From: Promethearchaeota archaeon
GTDB lineage: Archaea > Asgardarchaeota > Thorarchaeia > Thorarchaeales > Thorarchaeaceae
Direction of reading: 5' to 3'
DNA: 64,000 nt
NCBI GenBank assembly: GCA_048939765.1
Contig: JBHLPF010000008.1
Location: 2,712-66,711, forward strand
Shown here: positions 20,292 to 29,271 of the stretch, one piece after another
Layout of the letters: each line of letters opens with the position of its first letter
How positions within the stretch are numbered: the first letter of the stretch is position 1
The notes under the pieces: generated by a model
The model's input: the letters and a program-made list of their open reading frames with translations, nothing else
What the model was told of the DNA's origin: nothing
The model's database searches: none
Program-made: the position numbers and the translations under genes

Positions 20292-20939
20292 CTACTGCCC
20301 CGCTCCTGTTAAAGCTGCGATGATGTACAAAATAACGGCAGTTGCGATTCCTGCTAGAAGTGTCCTTGCTCCATAGATCCAGATGTTCTTTCTGGAGATT
20401 GTTCCTAGGAAGAGGCCAAGTGCAAAGAGAATTCCCAGGCAAATGAATATCGCTATGTAGAACGCCATGGATACTGTAAGAATTCGTGAAGGCACTAATA
20501 GCAATGGAGTGATGATGATGAATGCAGCAACTGATGGCGCAAGTCCGTCAACCAAGGCCACGACGGCTGATGTTGTACGTGTTGCTTTTGCGTACATCGT
20601 GTTGCTCATGTCCGAGAGCATGGCTTTCCCGATTTCCTCAACCTCGCGGTCTCTTTCTGCGCTTTCCGCAAGGTAGGAACCACTGAATCCTGAGACCGCC
20701 ATTGCTACACTGGTACCTACTGCGGCTAGAAGGAGTGCATGAAATACCACATCTGGATTGGTGGTCTGCATCGATATGAGCCCTCCAAAGATCAGACCGA
20801 GCATAGTTAGCGCTCCGTCGAACGCGTTCATTGCAAGGTAGCGCCGGGCTATCTCAACACCTTGTGTGAGTTCCAATGCCCGCATAGTCCTCTCGATTAA
20901 TCCCGGGCCTTTTTGCAGGTCATCCTCTGGTTCTGTCAC
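20292..20939 (-). CDS. VIT1/CCC1 family membrane protein
   Basis: RRYLAMNAFDGALTMLG, AMAVSGFSGSYLAESAE; 5 TM. Confidence 0.82.
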   Translation of the reverse strand: MTEPEDDLQKGPGLIERTMRALELTQGVEIARRYLAMNAFDGALTMLGLIFGGLISMQTTNPDVVFHALLLAAVGTSVAMAVSGFSGSYLAESAERDREVEEIGKAMLSDMSNTMYAKATRTTSAVVALVDGLAPSVAAFIIITPLLLVPSRILTVSMAFYIAIFICLGILFALGLFLGTISRKNIWIYGARTLLAGIATAVILYIIAALTGAGQ

Positions 20940-21081
20940 AGATACTTAGCTCCGTGAATCATGTCCAGCCTAGCGGGTCACCCTACGGAATATAAGCTAT
21001 CCGGAAACACAGTTAAATCAATAATAGATTCCAATTGAAATGATGTCGACCTCTAACCTAATGGGATGCAAGTCGTCATTT

Positions 21082-21252
21082 CTATATCATGAGCACCTGC
21101 GCAAAGAAGATGAGATAGATAAGTATGACAATTAGTATAATTGCACAAATCAATTGCACCCAACAGGTGCAGCATCTTTCACAGCAGCCCTGTTGCTGCT
21201 GCGGCTCGCCGGGACTTGGTGTGTAGTCATCTGGCATCGGAATCTCTGTCAT
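21082..21252 (-). CDS. 56-aa Pro/Gln- and Cys-rich tail-anchored microprotein (below the ORF-track cutoff)
   Basis: Manual translation: MTEIPMPDDYTPSPGEPQQQQGCCERCCTCWVQLICAIILIVILIYLIFFAQVLMI*; GTGGT upstream; fills an otherwise empty gap. Confidence 0.7.
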   Translation of the reverse strand: MTEIPMPDDYTPSPGEPQQQQGCCERCCTCWVQLICAIILIVILIYLIFFAQVLMI

Positions 21253-21371
21253 AGGAACCACACTAGCTCAAAGTGCTTCTTTCAAAGCCTGCTATTTGTG
21301 ATTACTATCCTTCTTATGAGGATTACGTGCTTGTCTACCGCTTCAGCCGCAAAGGTTGAAAAGCGAAGAAG

Positions 21372-22916
21372 GTGAATTTATGGCGAAGCGCGTGGAGGCG
21401 AGGAAGATTGTCTGAGAACGAAAAGCCAACCACCATTCTTGATAGACCATTTGGTTTGCGAATCATCGGGCTGACTCAGATGGCGTTCGGTGTCTTTGGT
21501 CTGCTTGCTGCGGTTGGTATTCTTGTCGCATCGTTCGGAGCTGCTCCCGGATTTGCATCGGTTGGGCCCTTGTATGCATTGGTCATTTTCGTTGGAGTTG
21601 CGTTGCCTTGTTTGATTATAGGAAATTATGTTGACGATCTCAGGAGAAACGCAGTGATTGCTCAAGCACTCTATAGCATCATCGGAGTTGGCTTGACAGC
21701 TTACTTCTTGTTGAACTGGGGAGTTGCATATAGCTGGACAGTGCCTTGGTTTGAGCTCAGCTTCAATATACAGATTGGGAATATTGCAGTCTTTGTCCTA
21801 GCGACCCAGGCGGCATTCCTGCTCTACATGTTAATCTATTGGAAACGAATTGCGCCCCCACCGGGGACAGTTGTTGTTAGAGACCGTCGACGAGCTCGCC
21901 TTATTGAGGATGGGCTAATGGCGATTCCCCTTACACCATCAATACTAAGCTCAGATGGTTCAGTAATGTCGAGGGATGAGGCTCAAAGAATCCTTGATGT
22001 TCGAAAAGTCACCACCACTGAGGGAATGGCTATTCTTTGTTCAAATTGTGATGGAGCAACACCTCTCACTAGGATGGTGGATGACAACACTGTGGACTGT
22101 GAATATTGTGGAGCCACTCTTGCAGTGAGCAGCGTCTTTGTTCCTTGCGAAAACCATCCAGAGTATCTTGCTGCGACAAATTGTGCTGTCTGTGGGGAGC
22201 ATTTCTGTAGAAGATGCCTTACTGCTCAGGATCCCCCAGTCGACAGCCGTTGGAAAGGCTCTACTGTTTATCTCTGTAGGAATTGCTTTGAGGGCAGATA
22301 TCGTCCAGCTGTCACAACCACATCTCTAGTCCTACCAATTGAAGACCTATTCGGCCAGGCTGGGGGAAGATTCTCCAAAGTGAGTGGCATGTACCGTCGG
22401 TTTCTGGGAGCTTATGGTAGTGCAATGGCCAAGGTGTTTAGGGCATCCCTCGAAATATTCTCAGTCTTTGGCCGGTCCGGCGGAGGTGTTGGCTCCAGCG
22501 GTGGGAGTAGCTGTGGAGGAGGTGGAGGAGGAAGTGGTGGTGGAGGTGGCGATGAATGCTGTGGAGCGATTCTTGTTATCATAATTATTATCATCGCGAT
22601 TCCTATTCTGGTTGGCCTTGTGATGCTGCTTGGAGCGATAGTTATTGTTCCGGTTCTCTTCTATGCAGGACTAATCGGAGTGACGATAGAAGCAGTCAGA
22701 ATCATCAGGAAAACCGATTTTGTATCTTTAGAACAGGCTAGAGAGAAGGGTTTGCTTGAAGGCCGCAAGGTCGAAGTCGAGAAGACTCCGGTTCGTAATG
22801 AAAGCCGACCTTGGATGGATGACAGCAGAGTCAGAGAAATTGAGAGGCAGCGCGAAAGAGATAGAACTCAGGAGAGGAAAGAGGTTCCTACCGACTCTTT
22901 CTGGAGGAGATACTGA
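21372..22916 (+). CDS. Membrane protein: about 4 TM + Zn ribbon + B-box-like Zn finger + Gly-rich linker + CC-hydrophobic segment
   Basis: CSNC..CEYC; CENHPEYLAATNCAVCGEHFCRRC..CRNC; poly-Gly then DECCGAILVIIIIII; start uncertain. Confidence 0.8.
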   Translation: MNLWRSAWRRGRLSENEKPTTILDRPFGLRIIGLTQMAFGVFGLLAAVGILVASFGAAPGFASVGPLYALVIFVGVALPCLIIGNYVDDLRRNAVIAQALYSIIGVGLTAYFLLNWGVAYSWTVPWFELSFNIQIGNIAVFVLATQAAFLLYMLIYWKRIAPPPGTVVVRDRRRARLIEDGLMAIPLTPSILSSDGSVMSRDEAQRILDVRKVTTTEGMAILCSNCDGATPLTRMVDDNTVDCEYCGATLAVSSVFVPCENHPEYLAATNCAVCGEHFCRRCLTAQDPPVDSRWKGSTVYLCRNCFEGRYRPAVTTTSLVLPIEDLFGQAGGRFSKVSGMYRRFLGAYGSAMAKVFRASLEIFSVFGRSGGGVGSSGGSSCGGGGGGSGGGGGDECCGAILVIIIIIIAIPILVGLVMLLGAIVIVPVLFYAGLIGVTIEAVRIIRKTDFVSLEQAREKGLLEGRKVEVEKTPVRNESRPWMDDSRVREIERQRERDRTQERKEVPTDSFWRRY

Positions 22917-23740
22917 TGGCCTATCATACAGAGAACATTCTATGTCCTGTTTGTGGAGGACGAATCAGTGTCGAGTACACAGACAAAGTAAATCGCTGTG
23001 AGTATTGTGCCAGCTCAGTCTTAGGACCGGGTCAGGGCAGAAACTGTGTCAACCACTCAGACACCCTAGCAAAGGCATCTTGTAATGTATGCGGCGATCT
23101 CATCTGCGAAGAGTGCATGAATACCAGGATTGGAGATTATGGAGGGAAGCTTCTCACCATTGTGCATTGTGACAAGGAAAATTGCATTGCAGAAAGTAGT
23201 TGGGCAAAGCCCCTCAATAGAGCGTTTCAGGAATTGACCAACTTCGATTGGTCAGATAGAATGGACAACATTATCCTCAGGGTCGTTGGATTGGGTGCTA
23301 TCCTAATGATGATCTTTGAGCTCTTCTTCATTCTGGCAATGCTGTGGATCCAATACTTCGATCCTTGGGGACGGTCAGTTCCTTCACCTATTCCATTCCT
23401 TTTCGTACGGGGCGATACCGTTGTCATTCTCAATATCATCGGAAATGCATTATCTGCCATCATACTTCAGACGGCATTGCAGATCTACATTCATGAACGA
23501 CAACTTGGTTCAGGTGTGTTCTTACTTGGATTTCTCCTCCTCGAGGCGGCCTTTCTCCTTGCAAGGGGACTCTACTTCAATCTCTTGGCCTACCCAGGAA
23601 CTTGGCTTGTTCCATTCCTGCTTGGAGCGTTTGGTGTCGCCACACTAATGATCTTCTTTGGTTCACTAGCAGGCATCTATGTGGGATGGAAGAAACATAA
23701 TCAGATTGAAGATGCAAAGATCAGACTTGGTCTTGAGTGA
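22916..23740 (+). CDS. Membrane protein: Zn ribbon + B-box-like Zn finger + about 4 TM
   Basis: CPVC..CEYC; CVNHSDTLAKASCNVCGDLICEEC; four hydrophobic helices; TGATG overlap with the upstream gene. Confidence 0.8.
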   Translation: MAYHTENILCPVCGGRISVEYTDKVNRCEYCASSVLGPGQGRNCVNHSDTLAKASCNVCGDLICEECMNTRIGDYGGKLLTIVHCDKENCIAESSWAKPLNRAFQELTNFDWSDRMDNIILRVVGLGAILMMIFELFFILAMLWIQYFDPWGRSVPSPIPFLFVRGDTVVILNIIGNALSAIILQTALQIYIHERQLGSGVFLLGFLLLEAAFLLARGLYFNLLAYPGTWLVPFLLGAFGVATLMIFFGSLAGIYVGWKKHNQIEDAKIRLGLE

Positions 23741-23755
23741 TAAGAGAGACTTGTT

Positions 23756-25516
23756 TCACTTCTTATCCTCTGTCTTCGGTGTGTCAAACAGGTCGATGAA
23801 TCTAAACCTATCAACATCAACCAATCCCCGATCAGTTATCTTGAGCTTTGGAATCACAGGCAATGAGAGGAAAGCCATGGTCATGAAGGGTTCATTGAGA
23901 GTACTACCGATAGTCTTTGCCGCATCCTTTAGTTCCTGTATCTTCTCACTAACCACTTCTATAGGCTGATCAGACATGAGACCTGCAATAGGCAGCGGTA
24001 AAGACGCAATGACCTTCTCGTCCCTTACTATCGCTAGTCCGCCTTGCATTCGCACAATCTGAACTGCCGCTGCGATGAGGTCTCTGTCGTTGGTCGCTAC
24101 CGCAACAATGTTGTGACTATCATGAGCTATGGAACTGACCATAGCTCCCTCCTTTATACCAAGACCCTTCACAAAGCCTATACCGGTCACATCCGATGCA
24201 TTGTGCCTCTCAATGATGGCAATCTTCGCTATGTCCCTGTCCACATCAGGCATTGCTAGTCCGTCTTCGATCCTAGTTTCCTCAACAAGATGTTCAGTGA
24301 TGATCTGGTCAGGTATAATGCCTATGACATTCATCCTATCTCCGCGCGCCTTGACCTGAAAGTCTTCTGGATCTAGCCAGGTGATATTGACTGATCTTCG
24401 GAGACGTGGCTGTTCGTGCTCTCCGATCTCCCAGATTAGCTTCCCTTTGGAGGCCACCATCTCACCACTCTTGTACACGCTTTCGACATTGATGTCCTTT
24501 AAATCATCAATCACTGCAATGTCCGCATGGTAACCGGGTGCAATTGCTCCCCTATATTGCAGACCGTAGTGTCGAGCTGTTGATATGGTTGCCACCTGAA
24601 TGGCTTGGACCGCGTCTACGCCATAGGACACTGCATCACGAATCAGACTGTCAATATGCCCTCTTTCAAGCAGATCCAATGTGTTGCGATCATCAGTCAC
24701 AAAACTGCAAAGCAAAGAGGTATGTGGTTGGATAAGAGGTGCTAGAGCTTTCAAGTTCTTAGCTGTTGATCCCTCTCTAATGTGAATGTGCATTCCCACT
24801 GCAAGTTTGGCTTGTGCCTCTTCCAAGGTGTAACACTCATGCTCAGATGTTATCCTTGCCGCAGCATATGCATTCAGCTCCATCCCTGCGAGGTCAGGTG
24901 CATGACCATCGATTCTCTTCCCCGTTGATAGTGTCACTCGAATCTTCTCGAGAATATCCGGATCTCTAAAGACAACACCCGGGTAGTTCATTGCTTCAGC
25001 TAGTCCGAGAACATAGTGCTCGGAGAGGAGTGGTTTGATGTCCAAGAAGTCTAAAGCCACGCCATTTGTTTCCAAATCAGTAGAAGGTACACAAGAGGGT
25101 AGCATGATATAGAACTCGAGTGGTCCGCCCCTCATTGACTTGGACATATACATGATTCCTTCCAGACCCAGCACATTGGCAATCTCATGCGGGTCTGCAA
25201 CAACAGCTCCCGTACCATGGGGCACCACAGCTCTGGCATACTGGAGTGGCATAACCATGGATGACTCCACGTGCACATGGCCATCGAAGAATGAAGGTAC
25301 CACATACTTTCCTTTCAGATCAACCGTCTTGTTACCAACATACTTTCCAATCCCAGCGATATAGCCCTGGTGGATTGCAACATCTCCTTCAACTATATCT
25401 CCAGAAAAGACGTTGACCACTGATGCATTTTTCAGGACAAGATCAGATCGGGTCCGTCCGGCGGCAACATCGATCATCTGGTCAAGAGGGTAGTTGTCGG
25501 TCGGTTGTGCAGCCAA
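23756..25516 (-). CDS. ade: Adenine deaminase
   Basis: DGHVHVESSM, DPHEIANVLG, LAEAMNYPGV, IDGHAP, IREGS, GAIAPG..AD, SSIAHDSHN, LPVIPKLKITD. Confidence 0.95.
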   Translation of the reverse strand: MAAQPTDNYPLDQMIDVAAGRTRSDLVLKNASVVNVFSGDIVEGDVAIHQGYIAGIGKYVGNKTVDLKGKYVVPSFFDGHVHVESSMVMPLQYARAVVPHGTGAVVADPHEIANVLGLEGIMYMSKSMRGGPLEFYIMLPSCVPSTDLETNGVALDFLDIKPLLSEHYVLGLAEAMNYPGVVFRDPDILEKIRVTLSTGKRIDGHAPDLAGMELNAYAAARITSEHECYTLEEAQAKLAVGMHIHIREGSTAKNLKALAPLIQPHTSLLCSFVTDDRNTLDLLERGHIDSLIRDAVSYGVDAVQAIQVATISTARHYGLQYRGAIAPGYHADIAVIDDLKDINVESVYKSGEMVASKGKLIWEIGEHEQPRLRRSVNITWLDPEDFQVKARGDRMNVIGIIPDQIITEHLVEETRIEDGLAMPDVDRDIAKIAIIERHNASDVTGIGFVKGLGIKEGAMVSSIAHDSHNIVAVATNDRDLIAAAVQIVRMQGGLAIVRDEKVIASLPLPIAGLMSDQPIEVVSEKIQELKDAAKTIGSTLNEPFMTMAFLSLPVIPKLKITDRGLVDVDRFRFIDLFDTPKTEDKK

Positions 25517-25771
25517 TCCATTTCACTCCTTTGGTCTCTCTACTCAGACAGACAACAAGAAAGGGTTTCCGGTGTCATCATATTATGCGCGGATTTTTCC
25601 ATATGCACTTGACCCGAGCCGGGGTTAACAAGTTTAACCTCTGCTCCAGCCCCCCTTTATGCATCAACTAGATTAAGCTAGAGGCGCCATACCCAATATC
25701 TGGGTCCGAAAAATCCTTCTTCTAAGCCCATGAAATTTCCGGTTCATATACTCAGAAACTGAATATGGGTG

Positions 25772-26176
25772 TCATAGGGGGTAGACCACTCTCGCTCCTG
25801 CAAGTGTACCTCCCAATAGAAGGACAATCTTGAGGACGTTCATCGCAAGCATTGCGTTGTTCTTGATGAATTTCGGACCGGGCTTGAATAGGTATTGATA
25901 CAGCCTCCCCAAGTGGGAAACGGTCATAACTATGAGAAATGCAGAAGCCACAAAACTACCGACCATTACGAATGAGCTTAATTCCCCGAAGAAGAAAATA
26001 CTCGAAAGAATGAATCCAAGACCAGTGATGATATCAAGACCAAGCACAATTCGATTGCTCAGGGTTTCCCCCCACACATCATCCCGGAATACTATAAGAA
26101 GCACCACAGCTTCCACAAGCGCAATCACTGCTCCAGCTAGTACTGCCCACATGGCGACGTTATAATAGAACTGCAA
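25772..26176 (-). CDS. Small 4-TM hypothetical membrane protein
   Basis: 134-aa hydrophobic ORF with GAGGTG SD overlapping the upstream stop. Confidence 0.7.
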   Translation of the reverse strand: MQFYYNVAMWAVLAGAVIALVEAVVLLIVFRDDVWGETLSNRIVLGLDIITGLGFILSSIFFFGELSSFVMVGSFVASAFLIVMTVSHLGRLYQYLFKPGPKFIKNNAMLAMNVLKIVLLLGGTLAGARVVYPL

Positions 26177-26185
26177 TTTCCCACC

Positions 26186-26950
26186 TCATTCCGTCCTCAC
26201 ACCAACAACGGCGAGTCGCCTAGATGTATTGTCATATGTGCTCCCATCAAGACCACCATAGGCTCGCACATCAGAAAAACCAGCTGACCTGAGAAGGGAC
26301 TTCAGTTCCACAGCTGAGTAGAGGTAGTGTGTGACATTCCATTCATGCCTCGTACCGTCCTTGGCAAGTAATATCCAAATGTTGTGCATTTTCCCCCAAT
26401 CATCGATGGGTTTTCTTCGCTCCAGATGAATGCCATAATCACCTTCACTCCAATCGGCATCATTGAATATTCGAGCTAAGATCTCCTTCCCCATACACTC
26501 GATAATGAAACGACCTCCAGGTCTGAGCGATCTAAAGACATTGTCTAGCACTTGCATCTGTTGACTGTCATCCTCGAAGTATCCAAAGGAAGTGAACATA
26601 CTCAAGACAACATCAAAGCTATTATCTCTCACGAATTCCCTCATGTCTTTCTGCACAAACTCAGTTGAGAGACCTTCGTTCTTCGCGGTTCCTTTTGCTA
26701 TCTCGAGATAGGCCTTTGTCCTGTCGACGCCTGTTACCTTGTATCCTCTCCTAGCAAGTTCGTTTGAATGGCGACCGATGCCACAGCACAAGTCCAGAAT
26801 TGCATCATCATTGGAAATATGTAGAAGCTCAATGAGGCTGTCCACCTCAGTGATGGCCATCTCCATCCTTTGCTCACCAAACATAACTTGGCCCATTCTC
26901 TCCCAGAGTTCATCCCGTTCATACCAAGGTGTCTTGTCCTCAGACGGCAA
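26186..26950 (-). CDS. Class I SAM-dependent methyltransferase
   Basis: ILDLCCGIGRH, VTGVD, DMR, FTSFGYF, LRPGGRF. Confidence 0.92.
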   Translation of the reverse strand: MPSEDKTPWYERDELWERMGQVMFGEQRMEMAITEVDSLIELLHISNDDAILDLCCGIGRHSNELARRGYKVTGVDRTKAYLEIAKGTAKNEGLSTEFVQKDMREFVRDNSFDVVLSMFTSFGYFEDDSQQMQVLDNVFRSLRPGGRFIIECMGKEILARIFNDADWSEGDYGIHLERRKPIDDWGKMHNIWILLAKDGTRHEWNVTHYLYSAVELKSLLRSAGFSDVRAYGGLDGSTYDNTSRRLAVVGVRTE

Positions 26951-27119
26951 TGCGAATACCTCATCCTACACATTGACGGATAACTTCCATTTCAACCTTA
27001 GGTCAAAAGATATTGGCCAATTGATTTTCGCTTTGTTTTTAACTGATATCTGTCGGAGAGAGCTAGTGCTTTGGCCAAGACAAAGGTCCAAAGCTTCTGA
27101 GCTATGGAGACGAATATTG

Positions 27120-27794
27120 ATGACGTGGCTGGAAAGACACCCCATCAGAACGGACTCCAAGAGCATTGCCCTATTGGCCATCTTTACAGCCATGGTTGTT
27201 GCGCTTGAAGTATTCCCAATCCTGGGAGTGACTGACATCGGACTTCCCGGCAACTTCACCATTGACTGGACAGGCATTCCAATTGTGATTGTCTTTCTCG
27301 GATTGGGCTTTGTCTATTCACTTGTGGCAATAACTGCGATGTGGATGGCAATTGCCTATCGCAACTTCAATGGTGCAGCCTTCAAGGGCTTTGCTGAACT
27401 TCACACAATTTTGGGATTGTTGGTTGCCAAGATTCTGCTAATGCGGTACCAACTGGACTTGAGATCTCGGACTCTTGTCTATCTGATATTTGGAACCGTC
27501 TTCCGAGTCATTGGAATGTTCTTTACGAACATCTACCTTCTGCAGCTCTTCTATGGACTAACTCCAGAAGCTGCTGTCATAGGTGCGGCAGGATATTCTC
27601 TGCCGAACGTGCTACAAGCAATCATCAATATATTGGGTGGAGTTGTGCTTTATCACCTAATCCCCGAGAATTTGGCACTTCAGGCGGGCCTAGGGGATGA
27701 CGCCGGCAGCGCGTCTTCTAGGGTTGAAGAGCTTCCGTTAGAAGAAACTGAGAGTTCTCAGCCAGATGACCCCCGTGGCGGAGGTCAAGGATGA
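27120..27794 (+). CDS. ECF transporter S-component-like membrane protein
   Basis: IALLAIFTAMVVALE N-terminal helix, IDWTGIP, about 6 TM. Start ATG 27120. Confidence 0.6.
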   Translation: MTWLERHPIRTDSKSIALLAIFTAMVVALEVFPILGVTDIGLPGNFTIDWTGIPIVIVFLGLGFVYSLVAITAMWMAIAYRNFNGAAFKGFAELHTILGLLVAKILLMRYQLDLRSRTLVYLIFGTVFRVIGMFFTNIYLLQLFYGLTPEAAVIGAAGYSLPNVLQAIINILGGVVLYHLIPENLALQAGLGDDAGSASSRVEELPLEETESSQPDDPRGGGQG

Positions 27795-27801
27795 ATCAGC
27801 A

Positions 27802-28557
27802 ATGAAGAATCGAGAACTTAGTATAGTGCCAATCGGGGAGATTCCTCTAGTCAAACCAGGGGATGACCTCCCTTCTCTTTTTGCTGAGCGGCTGAGGGGC
27901 ATTAGCGAGGAGCTTGAATCCGGCGATGTCCTTGTGGTGTCTCACACCATTGTATCCATAGCTGAGGGTAGACTCTTTTTGCTATCAGAGGTTGAGGTTT
28001 CCGAAAGAGCAAGACGACTCTCAATGGAATTGAAAAGAGAACCAGAATATGTGCAGTTGGCATTAGACAATGCTGTGGAAGTCATTCGTGAAACGCCCGT
28101 GTTGATCACAAGAACTGCTCAGGGACTGGTGACTGACTTCTCAGGTGTCGATAGAAGCAATGCTCCGTCCGGTCAAGCGTTGGCACTTCCCATTGATCCG
28201 GATCATTCAGCTCAGGCGATTCATGATGCCATTTCAAAAGAGATTGGAATTAGAATTCCTGTGATCATAGCTGACACTCAAGGTCGCCCTTGGAGGAGGG
28301 GGGCTGTGAACATGGCAATTGGCATAGCTGGCATGTCTCCCTTTACAGAGAACGCTGGAAGACTTGATCGATTTGGAAGAATACTACAGACTTCCCGTGT
28401 ATGCATTGCTGATGAACTTGCAGCAGCAGCTGAGCTCGTTATGGGCCAAGCAGGAGAGGGAATTCCAGCGACCCTGATAAAAGGATTGAATCTGGATAGG
28501 GAACAGGGGTCCGCTAAAGATGTCCTTAGAGATCCCGATAAAAACCTCTTCAGCTAG
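27802..28557 (+). CDS. cofE: Coenzyme F420-0:L-glutamate ligase
   Basis: IPLVKPGDDL, GDVLVVSHTIVSIAEG, GVDRSN, LPIDPD.SA, DTQGRPWRRG, ADELAAAAELVMGQ; alternative start 27766. Confidence 0.92.
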   Translation: MKNRELSIVPIGEIPLVKPGDDLPSLFAERLRGISEELESGDVLVVSHTIVSIAEGRLFLLSEVEVSERARRLSMELKREPEYVQLALDNAVEVIRETPVLITRTAQGLVTDFSGVDRSNAPSGQALALPIDPDHSAQAIHDAISKEIGIRIPVIIADTQGRPWRRGAVNMAIGIAGMSPFTENAGRLDRFGRILQTSRVCIADELAAAAELVMGQAGEGIPATLIKGLNLDREQGSAKDVLRDPDKNLFS

Positions 28558-28561
28558 AATC

Positions 28562-29140
28562 TTATCCCATCAACATGGCTAGGGTTTCAGCCATGTCAGG
28601 CTCACTCCAGAGACCTACATGGTACCATCTTGCATACCCTTCCCCATCAATAATCACGATCGAAGGGATATACTCGACATTGAAGTAGTTGCTGAAGACA
28701 CTCTGAGTATCAAGACCATGGGGCCAAGGTAGATTCTTGTCCTCCTTATATGCTGCCATCATAGCCGCGGTTTCGCCTGTATCGACGGTGAGGGATAGCA
28801 GATGGATACTATCACCCATACTATTGTACAGAGTCTTCAAATTCGCATTTTGAGTTTCGCAGGAACCGCACCAGGTTGCCATAAGGTCTATGACCACAAA
28901 CCGACTGCGTAACGAATGCAGAGAAATGATGCTCTCATTAGACAATATGAGATTCCAGTCAGGCAATTGTATTCCCCTACTCTTGAGGTCAACATCCTGT
29001 GCGATGTCGTTAGTAGTTGTGGTGGTGTGTCCATTGTTGTTTGAGCCTCCATCAAATGTGAGGAACGTGAACCCGACGGCGAATGCAACGACAACTATTG
29101 ATGCAACGACTATGACTACAAGCGCCTTCTCCGGTTGCAT
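28562..29140 (-). CDS. Membrane-anchored TlpA/redoxin thioredoxin-fold protein
   Basis: N-terminal TM, DLMATWCGSC, YIPSIVIID. Confidence 0.88.
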   Translation of the reverse strand: MQPEKALVVIVVASIVVVAFAVGFTFLTFDGGSNNNGHTTTTTNDIAQDVDLKSRGIQLPDWNLILSNESIISLHSLRSRFVVIDLMATWCGSCETQNANLKTLYNSMGDSIHLLSLTVDTGETAAMMAAYKEDKNLPWPHGLDTQSVFSNYFNVEYIPSIVIIDGEGYARWYHVGLWSEPDMAETLAMLMG

Positions 29141-29271
29141 TTTGTGACCTCAATGGAGTTCGGATGTGCGTACTGCGTGCACACCGCTAATAAGAATTGG
29201 GAAGTGGACATAGCTAGAATATGTAGATGCACGCCACAAATATCCTTAGATATTCTTGAACTCACCAATTC

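Noticed and set aside
21154-21375. 73-aa plus-strand ORF
   Set aside because: Shadow of the more protein-like minus-strand microprotein at 21082-21252.
22480-22555. GGT/GGA/GGC low-complexity tract (also in the SSB tails)
   Set aside because: Explained by poly-Gly coding; not an independent DNA repeat or CRISPR array.
25545-25582. ATGATGA...CTGA on the minus strand resembling a C/D box sRNA
   Set aside because: Only about 27 nt between the boxes, no D'/C' pair, and it overlaps the likely ade promoter.
25560-25770. Purine riboswitch upstream of adenine deaminase
   Set aside because: The conserved TATAAT..GATATGG..GTTTCTACC..CCGTAAA core is absent.
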